A DNA stretch of 32,000 bases, taken from assembly GCF_002310835.1 (NCBI RefSeq), contig NZ_CP011041.1, positions 1,950,001 through 1,982,000 on the forward strand, given 5' to 3'. Positions within the stretch are counted from its first letter, which is position 1. The number at the start of each line of letters is the position of its first letter. Source of the DNA: Pseudoalteromonas tetraodonis (GTDB taxonomy: Bacteria > Pseudomonadota > Gammaproteobacteria > Enterobacterales > Alteromonadaceae). Both the position numbers and the translations under genes were made by a program. The notes beneath the pieces were generated by a model. It was given only the letters and a program-made list of their open reading frames with translations, made no database searches and was not told the DNA's origin. Below, piece by piece: positions 1 through 7,845 of this stretch.

Positions 1-1
1 A

Positions 2-529
2 GGCTGCGGAAAAATAGGCTTGGCACTGTGTAACATTTTAAATGGTTTTGGCGCTAACGTTTTAGTGTGCGACCCTTTTGCAAAACCAGGCAATTACACT
101 ATTACCGATTTAAATACCCTACTTGCCCAAAGCGATATAATTTCACTGCACTGCCCGCTGAGCGAAGATACGCATCATTTAATCGATGACGCTGCATTTA
201 ATAAAATGAAAACCGGCGTCATGCTCATTAATACTTCTCGCGGTGCGCTGGTAAACAGCCAAGCGTGTATTAAAGCACTTAAATCACAAAAACTGGGGTA
301 CTTAGGGCTTGATGTGTACGAACAAGAATCAGAACTGTTTTTTAAAAACCACAGTGACGAAATAAATCAAGACGATATATTCTCTCGTTTAGTGAGTTTT
401 AGAAACGTGTTAATAACAGGGCATCAAGGCTTTTTTACTCAAGAAGCTCTAACCGAAATCGCTAATATAACATTACAAAATGCATTTGAGGTTACTCAAG
501 GAAATAGCTTAACAAACGAAGTGCTATAG
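2..529 (+). CDS. ldhA: D-lactate dehydrogenase / D-isomer-specific 2-hydroxyacid dehydrogenase, C-terminal part (5' end outside window)
   Basis: The frame is open from base 2 (GCGKIGLAL..., a GxGxxG NAD-binding loop). The segment TSRGALVNSQACIKALKSQKLGYLGLDVYEQE...ITGHQGFFTQEAL tracks my memory of E. coli LdhA ([32 protein letters not shown]...FTGHQAFLTAEAL). Confidence 0.85.
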   Translation, partial: GCGKIGLALCNILNGFGANVLVCDPFAKPGNYTITDLNTLLAQSDIISLHCPLSEDTHHLIDDAAFNKMKTGVMLINTSRGALVNSQACIKALKSQKLGYLGLDVYEQESELFFKNHSDEINQDDIFSRLVSFRNVLITGHQGFFTQEALTEIANITLQNAFEVTQGNSLTNEVL

Positions 530-549
530 CGCGGCTAAACAAAAAGCAA

Positions 550-582
550 AAAAGCGAACAAAATATAGTGTTCGCTTTTTTG
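550..582. terminator. Bidirectional rho-independent terminator between convergent ldhA and the NSS transporter
   Basis: aaagcgaaca (551-560) pairs with tgttcgcttt (569-578). An A-run lies on the 5' side and a T-run on the 3' side, so the hairpin reads as a terminator on both strands. Confidence 0.75.
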
Positions 583-613
583 TTATCAATAACACATGAG
601 TTATTAACGCGTT

Positions 614-1936
614 CTAGCCAAACGCAACGTTTGCAAATACTAAGGTCATTAGCACTGGGCAGACAAAACGAATGTACTGAGCAAACCAATAATGTGCACC
701 AGAACTTGCTTGATGAAGCTTATTACCACGTTGCCATAGCCAGCCTACCGTTATAAAGTAAAACAGCCCCATTAACGGCAATTGGTATTGAGTAAATACC
801 ATAATCACTAAACCAAATAACCAATCAAAGTTTAAAATAATGGTACTGGCACAAACAAATACAATTGCACTGACTGCCCATGTTGCTTTGGTTCTATCTA
901 CACTGTGGTTTTCAACCAAAAATGCCACAGGGATCTCAGTTGATGAAATAGTTGAGGTAACTGAAGCTATCGACATCAATACAAAAAATAATAAGCCAAC
1001 CAATAAACCAATTTCACCCATAGTGCCAAATAGCTCAGGTAATATGGCAAAAATAAGTTGTCCCTCACCAATTAATTTACCGTTATTAAATACTTCAACG
1101 CCATTGTACTGGGCAACATAAATAGCCGGAATTATTAATAAGCCCGCCAAAAACGCCACGCTGGTATCAAGTAGCGCAACACTTGCGGTTAATTTTGGTA
1201 AGTTAGCTCCGGGTTTTAAATATGAGCCGTAAATCATCATACAGCCTACCCCAAGCGACAACGAAAAGAACGCTTGCCCCATTGCGGCAATAATTAAATC
1301 AGGGTCGAGTATTTTACTAAAGTCAGGCACTAAATAAGCAGCAAACCCTTCGCTTGCGCCATCTAACGTTGCAATATAAATAATAAGCCCAATAAGGAGA
1401 ACAAGTAAAAGCGGCATTAAACGGCGTGACCAGGTTTCTATTCCCGACTTCACCCCTTTTAAAATAATACTGGCGGTTAAAATAAGCATAAGCGGCGTAA
1501 AAATAAAATTACGTAACATAGAGTCGCTATGTAAAAACTCACTCAAGCTATGCAAGCCAAAAAAGCTACTTATAGGCTCTATAGCGTAGGAAAGCATCCA
1601 ACCGGCCACAATAGAGTAAAAACTTAACATAACGATGGCACCGGCAAGGCCAATATAGCCTGCTGCGGCTCCCACTTTAGGGGCGTGATCTTGCCATGCT
1701 TGGCTTAGCGCTTTAACAGGGTTAGCTTGGGCTTTGTAACCTAAATACAGCTCGGTGTATAAAGCAGGTAACGCCAGCAAAAAAATAACGATAAAGTAAA
1801 CCAGTAAAAATGCGCCGCCACCATGATTAGCAGCCTGCGTAGGAAAACCCCATATATTACCTAAACCTACGGCTGCACCGGCTGCTGCCAATACAAAACC
1901 TAGTCGACTTTGAAAACCATCACGCACTTGTGCCAT
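614..1936 (-). CDS. Sodium-dependent transporter, neurotransmitter:sodium symporter (NSS/SNF) family
   Basis: 440 aa polytopic membrane protein. The N-terminal SRLGFVLAAAGAAVGLGNIWGFP is the hallmark NSS TM1 motif. It starts at an ATG. Confidence 0.85.
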   Translation of the reverse strand: MAQVRDGFQSRLGFVLAAAGAAVGLGNIWGFPTQAANHGGGAFLLVYFIVIFLLALPALYTELYLGYKAQANPVKALSQAWQDHAPKVGAAAGYIGLAGAIVMLSFYSIVAGWMLSYAIEPISSFFGLHSLSEFLHSDSMLRNFIFTPLMLILTASIILKGVKSGIETWSRRLMPLLLVLLIGLIIYIATLDGASEGFAAYLVPDFSKILDPDLIIAAMGQAFFSLSLGVGCMMIYGSYLKPGANLPKLTASVALLDTSVAFLAGLLIIPAIYVAQYNGVEVFNNGKLIGEGQLIFAILPELFGTMGEIGLLVGLLFFVLMSIASVTSTISSTEIPVAFLVENHSVDRTKATWAVSAIVFVCASTIILNFDWLFGLVIMVFTQYQLPLMGLFYFITVGWLWQRGNKLHQASSGAHYWFAQYIRFVCPVLMTLVFANVAFG

Positions 1937-2099
1937 ACACCTACAAATCTGTTATTATTTTAACGAATGCGAATTAAACCATATTTAAGAGCCACTGAGT
2001 AATAAAAATGTACTTAGCGCTCACAACAACTAACAACCGCTCACAAACTATCCAGCTTTGGGTAATAAATATGTAATCGGTCGTCATTTATAACGAGCA

Positions 2100-2861
2100 A
2101 TGATGAGTGTAACTTACTTTGAAAACCAGCTAGAAATCACGCCCGCTTTAGCAAATAACAGCCATTGCATTGCGTTGCTTAACGCGACCACCCTCAATGT
2201 GGGTGAATTTGATTTACCCCACTATTTAAGCCCTTTTGAGCTCAATGTTATTAATCGGCGTAAAAATCCACAGGCTAAACAAGAATATTTAGCCACACGT
2301 TTAGTGCTTAAATACCTAGTAAAATCCGCTTGTTCTTCTTATGCATCATTAAAGCTGTGTGATATTAGTTCTGAATTTAACCCCGATAACAGTAAATTAG
2401 AATTACATATTAAAAATACAACAGGCGTGATCAGTTGCTGTATTTCTCATTCTCATGGTTTTGTAGGTGCAGCGTTAAATGTAGCATCAACTCAATTTGG
2501 CTTTGATATTGAAAAAATTAGTTTAAAGCGCCCTTTTAATAAACTCGCTAAACACTTTTACCACCCAGCCGAAGTGAGCTTAATAACCGATACAGATAAC
2601 ATAACAACTCAAGCACATCATTTCTTTAGGATTTGGACATTAAAAGAAGCGCTGGCTAAAGCCACCACCCGCCCTATTGCTCAGCTATTAAGCCCTAATG
2701 TGTTTAACGAACTTAATAACGCCCAGCTTACAGCCTGCAGCAATACCGTGGTTGGAGCACATAACGACATGTTTGATATTAGCGTTGTGGCAAAAAAAAG
2801 CACCGACTGGCGGTGCTCAATAATGACTATTAACGATTTACGCAGCGCAATCACTTTCTAG
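2100..2861 (+). CDS. 4'-phosphopantetheinyl transferase, Sfp/EntD type
   Basis: 253 aa. It carries FGFDIEKI (the GxD(I/V)E Mg2+ motif) and FFRIWTLKEALAKA (the W/FxxKEAxxKA motif) at the spacing typical of Sfp-type PPTases. Confidence 0.75.
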   Translation: MMSVTYFENQLEITPALANNSHCIALLNATTLNVGEFDLPHYLSPFELNVINRRKNPQAKQEYLATRLVLKYLVKSACSSYASLKLCDISSEFNPDNSKLELHIKNTTGVISCCISHSHGFVGAALNVASTQFGFDIEKISLKRPFNKLAKHFYHPAEVSLITDTDNITTQAHHFFRIWTLKEALAKATTRPIAQLLSPNVFNELNNAQLTACSNTVVGAHNDMFDISVVAKKSTDWRCSIMTINDLRSAITF

Positions 2862-4229
2862 TAATCGACTATGAATCGCTTGAACCACTGCATCAGACTC
2901 GCTTTGCTCAACTAAAAAGCACAAGTTATGTTTACTTGCACCATGGCAAATAAGTCTAATATTAAAATCACTTAATACTTTCATTAAATTCATTTCGTGC
3001 TGACGCAATACAATTTCAGACCCAATAAGTGCTACTAGGGTTAAATTGTTCTCAACCGATACATGGCAAAATTCAGCGAGTTTATCTAAGCACTCTTGAT
3101 CTAGCTCTGGGCGTGATGCATTAGGCGCATTATCAAGGGTAATTGCTACACTAATTTCAGAGGTGGTAACCAAGTCTACCGAAATATTGCACTCACTTAA
3201 AATAGTAAAGATACGTGCTAAAAAACCACTCGCTAATAACATTTCTGGGCTTTTAAGGGTTAATAATATTTGATTTTTACGTTGCGTTACCGCACGAATA
3301 CCAGGTAGCTGCGATTTTTCACGTTCAATCCACGTACCGCCAAGTTCTGGTTCTCGGCTAGAGCCAACAAACACATTTATATGGCTGCGACTGGCAGGCA
3401 AAATTGTAGCTGGGTGCAGCACTTTAGCGCCAAAGGTCGCCATTTCTGCTGCTTCATCAAAACTTAAACGCGCAATAGGAGTGGCTTTTACACACAAACG
3501 AGGATCGGTGCTAAAAATACCCACTACGTCAGTCCAAATATGCACACTTTTAGCGTTAATAGCCTCAGCAAGCAGTGCAGCACTATAATCTGAGCCGCCT
3601 CGACCGAGCGTGGTCGTTAAATTGTTTGCATCGCTACCAATAAACCCTTGGGTCACAATAACGCTATCATCAAGCAGCGGAATTAAATGTGTTTTAGCGG
3701 CTTGCGCTGTGGCGGCCACATTTGGTGTTGCTTTACCAAATTGGCTATCGGTTTTAAGCACCTGGCGCACATCAAAACGAGTGGCTTTTAAACCCTTTAA
3801 CCTTAGTACTTGAGTAAATAAGTAAGACGATAAACGCTCGCCAAAGCTAAGTAGCTCATCGAACTGCTGCTCAGTATTGAGTGTTTGTGCCGCCAACGTT
3901 TGAAATGCATCTAGCGTTTGATTAAACCCAATGGCTAAATCCTCATCTAACGACAGGTCATTTAAAATAGCCTGCTGAATCGCAAGGACACCATCAATAT
4001 GCTGTTGGCGTTTAGCGGCTTCAATACCCGCTTTGCAAAGCTCCACTAAATGATTGGTCACTCCGGCACTGGCGCTTACTGCAACAATACGTACATTTTT
4101 ATCGTTTACGATAATTTCGCTACAACGGCTCATCGCCTCAAAGTTAGCAACGCTGGTGCCACCAAATTTGGCAACAATGTAATCTGATTTTGTGCACTGT
4201 GAACTTTGTGGCACTGGTTGGGTAGTCAT
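2838..4229 (-). CDS. lysC: Aspartate kinase (lysine-sensitive type)
   Basis: IVAKFGGTSVANFEAM (the KFGGTS motif) opens an amino-acid kinase domain, and the C-terminal regulatory region is ACT-like. I place the start at ATG 4229 (MTTQPV...), preceded by AAGGAG 7 nt upstream. The 506-aa track ORF runs on through the riboswitch. Confidence 0.9.
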   Translation of the reverse strand: MTTQPVPQSSQCTKSDYIVAKFGGTSVANFEAMSRCSEIIVNDKNVRIVAVSASAGVTNHLVELCKAGIEAAKRQQHIDGVLAIQQAILNDLSLDEDLAIGFNQTLDAFQTLAAQTLNTEQQFDELLSFGERLSSYLFTQVLRLKGLKATRFDVRQVLKTDSQFGKATPNVAATAQAAKTHLIPLLDDSVIVTQGFIGSDANNLTTTLGRGGSDYSAALLAEAINAKSVHIWTDVVGIFSTDPRLCVKATPIARLSFDEAAEMATFGAKVLHPATILPASRSHINVFVGSSREPELGGTWIEREKSQLPGIRAVTQRKNQILLTLKSPEMLLASGFLARIFTILSECNISVDLVTTSEISVAITLDNAPNASRPELDQECLDKLAEFCHVSVENNLTLVALIGSEIVLRQHEMNLMKVLSDFNIRLICHGASKHNLCFLVEQSESDAVVQAIHSRLLESDCAA

Positions 4230-4309
4230 TTCGTCTCCTTTCGCGGCATCCAAACCGCAATAAAACAAGAAGAACTTGGCAGGAAATAAAGATAAGAAAA
4301 ATCTACTGC

Positions 4310-4472
4310 CAGAAGCTCTCCACCTAAATTGGTGACAGTTTTGAGGATTCAGCCCCATAAACCGAAAAACAATGGTAACGACCCATTATTTTCCTCGGCG
4401 AGTACTTCCCTCCTTAATGATCGCAGGCTGTCGTTGCCTCACATTAAGTACCTAAGTATCGCACCTCTTCTG
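4310..4472 (-). promoter_or_regulatory. Lysine riboswitch (L-box) in the lysC leader
   Basis: The minus strand reads CAGAAGAGGUGCGAUAC...GGGAAGUACUCGCCGAGG...AUGGGGCUGAAUCC...CUGUCACCA...GGUGGAGAGCUUCUGG. P1 is CAGAAG/CUUCUG. The AGAGGUGCG, AGUA, GCCGAGG, GGGGCUGAAUCC, UGUCACC and GGUGGAG blocks match L-box conserved blocks as I remember them from the E. coli and B. subtilis lysC leaders. Confidence 0.85.
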
Positions 4473-4494
4473 AATGTATTATTAACCTGTGGCT

Positions 4495-4525
4495 AATAAA
4501 ACAAAACCGCACTAAGAGTGCGGCT
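4495..4525 (-). terminator. Rho-independent terminator of the NhaD-like gene
   Basis: The minus strand reads ccgcact-ctt-agtgcgg followed by ttttgtttt. It lies about 50 nt downstream of the stop at 4576. Confidence 0.7.
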
Positions 4526-4575
4526 TTGAAAGTTATCGTTTAGACGTCTAGCTGTCAAGTCGTTTTACTATAAAA

Positions 4576-5823
4576 TCAAATAAAACTACCCATTAAGTAA
4601 GAGCCCGCATAACCAAAGGTGTAACACAGTAATAAATACAGCGATAAGCGAAGGTAACTTGCAAACGTCAGCTCTTTTACCTTACTCATGGCTATAATAC
4701 CGGCCGCCGAGCCAATGATTAGCATAGAGCCACCTACACCGGTTGCATACGTAAACGACAACCAATGCTGTTGACTCATTACAATGTCGGCTTTTAATAA
4801 CGCTGCCGTTAGTGGCACGTTATCAACACCTGCGGATAAAATACCCATTAAGTAGTTTGCGTACTCTGGCGCCATTACCGTATACAAATTAGTAAATTGG
4901 CTCAGTACCCCAACTTCTTTTAATGCACCAACAAGCAGTAACACACCCACGAAAAACAATAAGGTGTCGTACTCTATATCGCGTATAAAATCGATCATAT
5001 CTTTGTTGATGTCTTTTTTGCGCATTAAAAATTGCGCGACTAAAAACATAATAGATAAACCCAATAAAAAAGTAAGCAGAGGCGGTACACTGTATAAAAC
5101 ACTCAATGTAAGCGTAGCAATAACCGTAGTGAAGAAAATAACCGCAATGGTTATGTCGGTTTTTTCAATACGTTTAAATTTAGTTTTTTTAAACTCGAGT
5201 TGCTTATTCATGCCAATTGATAACAAAGTAGCCAGTAATAATACACTTAATAACGCAGGCACAATTAACAGTAATAAATTGCTAATTGTTACTTTACCAT
5301 CAAGGAAAATCATAAGTGTGGTTACATCACCCGTGATAAGTGATACACCACCGGAGTTTACAGCAAATACAATAAGCGTGGCGTACTTAACTAGTTTTTT
5401 GGCTTCAAGCTTTAATGACATAATCACTGCCAGTGATATTAGCGTGGCCGTAACGTTGTCGGAAATAGATGAAAATAAAAACGCAAAACACCCCACCAAA
5501 AACATCAGCTTACGCTCACTAATGCTGGTTGGCATAATCCGGTTCACAACATTTTCGATAAGTCCTTTAGAGTTTAAATAGGCGACAAAGGTCATTGCGG
5601 CCATTAAAAACAGCCATAAAGAAGCAATTTCTAAAATATTGTGGTCTAGGAGGGTTTGAATCGTTTCGGGGCTTTGCCCATTAAGAGGAAAAATAAAGGA
5701 GATAATCCAACAAAGTGTACCAAAAAATAATGTCGTTTTTGCTTTGTTTACGTGGATCACATCCTCAATAACGATAAGCAAAAATGCAATCGCTATCAGC
5801 GTCAGGATAATCGAGGAAACCAT
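4576..5823 (-). CDS. Ion transporter of the ArsB/NhaD permease superfamily (putative NhaD-type Na+/H+ antiporter)
   Basis: ~415 aa with about 11-12 predicted TM helices and two-fold repeat architecture. Its length and composition fit NhaD/CitMHS-like permeases. The ATG at 5823 (MVSSIIL) is preferred over the TTG at 5835, which directly abuts the GAAGG Shine-Dalgarno. Confidence 0.55.
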   Translation of the reverse strand: MVSSIILTLIAIAFLLIVIEDVIHVNKAKTTLFFGTLCWIISFIFPLNGQSPETIQTLLDHNILEIASLWLFLMAAMTFVAYLNSKGLIENVVNRIMPTSISERKLMFLVGCFAFLFSSISDNVTATLISLAVIMSLKLEAKKLVKYATLIVFAVNSGGVSLITGDVTTLMIFLDGKVTISNLLLLIVPALLSVLLLATLLSIGMNKQLEFKKTKFKRIEKTDITIAVIFFTTVIATLTLSVLYSVPPLLTFLLGLSIMFLVAQFLMRKKDINKDMIDFIRDIEYDTLLFFVGVLLLVGALKEVGVLSQFTNLYTVMAPEYANYLMGILSAGVDNVPLTAALLKADIVMSQQHWLSFTYATGVGGSMLIIGSAAGIIAMSKVKELTFASYLRLSLYLLLCYTFGYAGSYLMGSFI

Positions 5824-6019
5824 GATATTAAACAACCTTCGGGGTTAAGTAAAAATTGAAACCATGTAAAAAATATACCCACAAACTCTATGTGCCTATA
5901 TTCGGCGCGGATACTATCACTAAGCGGGTGTAAAAACTATTATTAAATCGTCGCAAAAACGAATACCATATAAGTTCGAGAAATATAAAATAACGAATAC
6001 TAGGAAGTTGCAACGCCTT

Positions 6020-7291
6020 ATGATCCCAGCTAAAAAGCTACTTAATACCCTAAATGAACACTGGGGTGTATTAGAGCTATTATTTAAGCGCTTTAAAATG
6101 GCCGACTTTAGTATTAAAGATCTTCAAAATGCCATTAAGCAAAAGCAACCCACGTGGAATAATGAGCGTATTTATAAAGAAACCAACCGGTTATTAAATC
6201 AAGAAATTATTATTCCGCTGGCTAAATCGTCACAACTGGAAATTAACCGCGCCGTTGCCGACTTTGCCACCTTTTTACTGCAAGAAGAACATTTAGGCTT
6301 AGCACAAGAAATTAGTGTCTTGGTTGATGATTTGGCCCGTTTAGGTAATCGGCTATCTAATGCCGGTGAAATGGAAGATTTTGATGATTTACGCCGCTTT
6401 AGCCGTATTATGGATGATCGGGTGCGTAAAATAATCAAACTGTTTTTACACAACGAAAACGCCATTTTAAATATTGTTGAGCAAGCCAAATCTAATAATG
6501 CAGTGCAGTCGCTACAAAAACGCTATAAAGCCGTGATAGAAGCGTTTGATGAATATATAGAACCCATGCTGGAAATGGTGGATATTAGAGGCGACTTTCA
6601 TGCCTGCTTTACCCTTATTGAGCAACAAATTAGCACCCAAATAGAACATATTGAACGTTCAGGCAAAGCGTACAACGATAAACGCATGCTTGAACAATTG
6701 CGTACCCGCATTCTAGAAATGCACCTAGTTGGCCGGATAAGCTTACGTAAAAGTGCCGATATGTTAATGCCACTGCGTGAAGAGTTGCGCCGTAATAACC
6801 TTGTTACCCGCCAAGTAGCAAAAGTATTAGGGCTAATACGTAAAAATGGGGTAGATAATATGCTCAGCGCCGTGCAGCCACATTTTGTAAGCGATGCGCA
6901 AAAGTATTCATTGGGTCAACAGCGCCATATAGTAGCCTACATGGCAAGCCTGGCTGAATTTGAGCATCATGAATATCAGCTACCAGAGCAAAACGATGTG
7001 CCTGCGTTTGTCACACCAAACATTCCTGACTATCACGATGTAAAAGCGCAGTTTGCAAAACGCTTCAAAAAGCAGCGTAAAAAACCACAGCCTCTGCTGC
7101 AATTTTTAGACGAAAGCTATCCAGAGCTTGAAGCCGATGAAATGCTGTTTTTGTATCAAAAACTAGTGAGCGATACCACCCTACACATTAGCCAAAGCGA
7201 TAAAAAAGCCCGCGTTAACATTGCAGGCCAGCACTTTTCTTTGTACCCCTTTAATTCAGAGCCTCAGGCTGATAAAGCCGAGCACGAGTAA
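6020..7291 (+). CDS. MukF/MksF/JetA-like kleisin candidate (first gene of an SMC-like operon)
   Basis: ~423 aa, helical and acidic/basic mixed, with a KKQRKKPQ linker ahead of a C-terminal globular part. Its position and size match mukF (440 aa) and jetA. Its stop overlaps the next start (TAATG at 7289-7293). The assignment rests on context and architecture, not on a motif I can name. Confidence 0.55.
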   Translation: MIPAKKLLNTLNEHWGVLELLFKRFKMADFSIKDLQNAIKQKQPTWNNERIYKETNRLLNQEIIIPLAKSSQLEINRAVADFATFLLQEEHLGLAQEISVLVDDLARLGNRLSNAGEMEDFDDLRRFSRIMDDRVRKIIKLFLHNENAILNIVEQAKSNNAVQSLQKRYKAVIEAFDEYIEPMLEMVDIRGDFHACFTLIEQQISTQIEHIERSGKAYNDKRMLEQLRTRILEMHLVGRISLRKSADMLMPLREELRRNNLVTRQVAKVLGLIRKNGVDNMLSAVQPHFVSDAQKYSLGQQRHIVAYMASLAEFEHHEYQLPEQNDVPAFVTPNIPDYHDVKAQFAKRFKKQRKKPQPLLQFLDESYPELEADEMLFLYQKLVSDTTLHISQSDKKARVNIAGQHFSLYPFNSEPQADKAEHE

Positions 7292-7845
7292 TGACCATGA
7301 CACAGATAAACTTAAATGAGCTTTCTCACTTACAAGCCATTCATAAAAAATTAGTCGCGGGTTACCACATTTGCGAACAAGACACCCTAATGTGGCAAGA
7401 GCTTGACCAACAAATTGAAGCTTACAGCGCCTTATTCACAGCATTAGGCCATGATTTAAAGCACGACAGTCGTGGCTTTTATTATTTTGCTAGCGATGAA
7501 AGCACCCCCAATATGGGCAAAATATCGCGCGCGATAGCGCTCACTATTTATATTTTAATCGAACACTTTGCCAACACAGGTAAAGACCCAATGCGTGCAT
7601 TATTTGATGAGCCAAACGATTTAGAGCTAATGCAAACCTTGGTACAACTTAATAAACATTTATTTGATCAGCTTGAAATATTCTCGGGTTCTGATTTACG
7701 CAAAGATGTGTATTTACGCATGGTGCGTTTAGGCCTTGCCCGCGAAGTGGAAGGCGGCTTTATGCTACAGGCGCCAATTCATCGCTATATTGATGCCTTA
7801 ATGGAAGTAAATGAAGAAACCTTTTTAGGAGAGGACGAGGAATGA
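7291..7845 (+). CDS. MukE/MksE/JetB-like small subunit candidate
   Basis: 184 aa, acidic. The segment W-x2-L...I..Y...FTALGHDL..DSRGFYYFASDE resembles the DUF4194/JetB pattern (iGLeL..de.eGyAfL). It is coupled to both neighbours by overlaps (TAATG upstream, ATGA downstream). Confidence 0.55.
   Translation: MTMTQINLNELSHLQAIHKKLVAGYHICEQDTLMWQELDQQIEAYSALFTALGHDLKHDSRGFYYFASDESTPNMGKISRAIALTIYILIEHFANTGKDPMRALFDEPNDLELMQTLVQLNKHLFDQLEIFSGSDLRKDVYLRMVRLGLAREVEGGFMLQAPIHRYIDALMEVNEETFLGEDEE

Noticed and set aside
840-1121. 93-aa + strand ORF, plus the small ORFs at 492-689 and 568-756
   Set aside because: They are antisense to, or overlap the end of, the NSS transporter gene and the terminator. 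There are no Shine-Dalgarno sequences and no recognisable sequence.
4230-4358. N-terminal 43-codon extension of the lysC ORF (MGLNPQNCHQFRW...)
   Set aside because: It overlaps the lysine riboswitch and its expression platform and has no Shine-Dalgarno. The downstream ATG 4229 has AAGGAG and begins the conserved kinase N-terminus.
4964-5581. 205-aa + strand ORF
   Set aside because: It is an antisense shadow of the NhaD-like gene. The sequence is low-complexity and Ser/Ile/Asn-rich, typical of the reverse frame of an AT-rich membrane gene.
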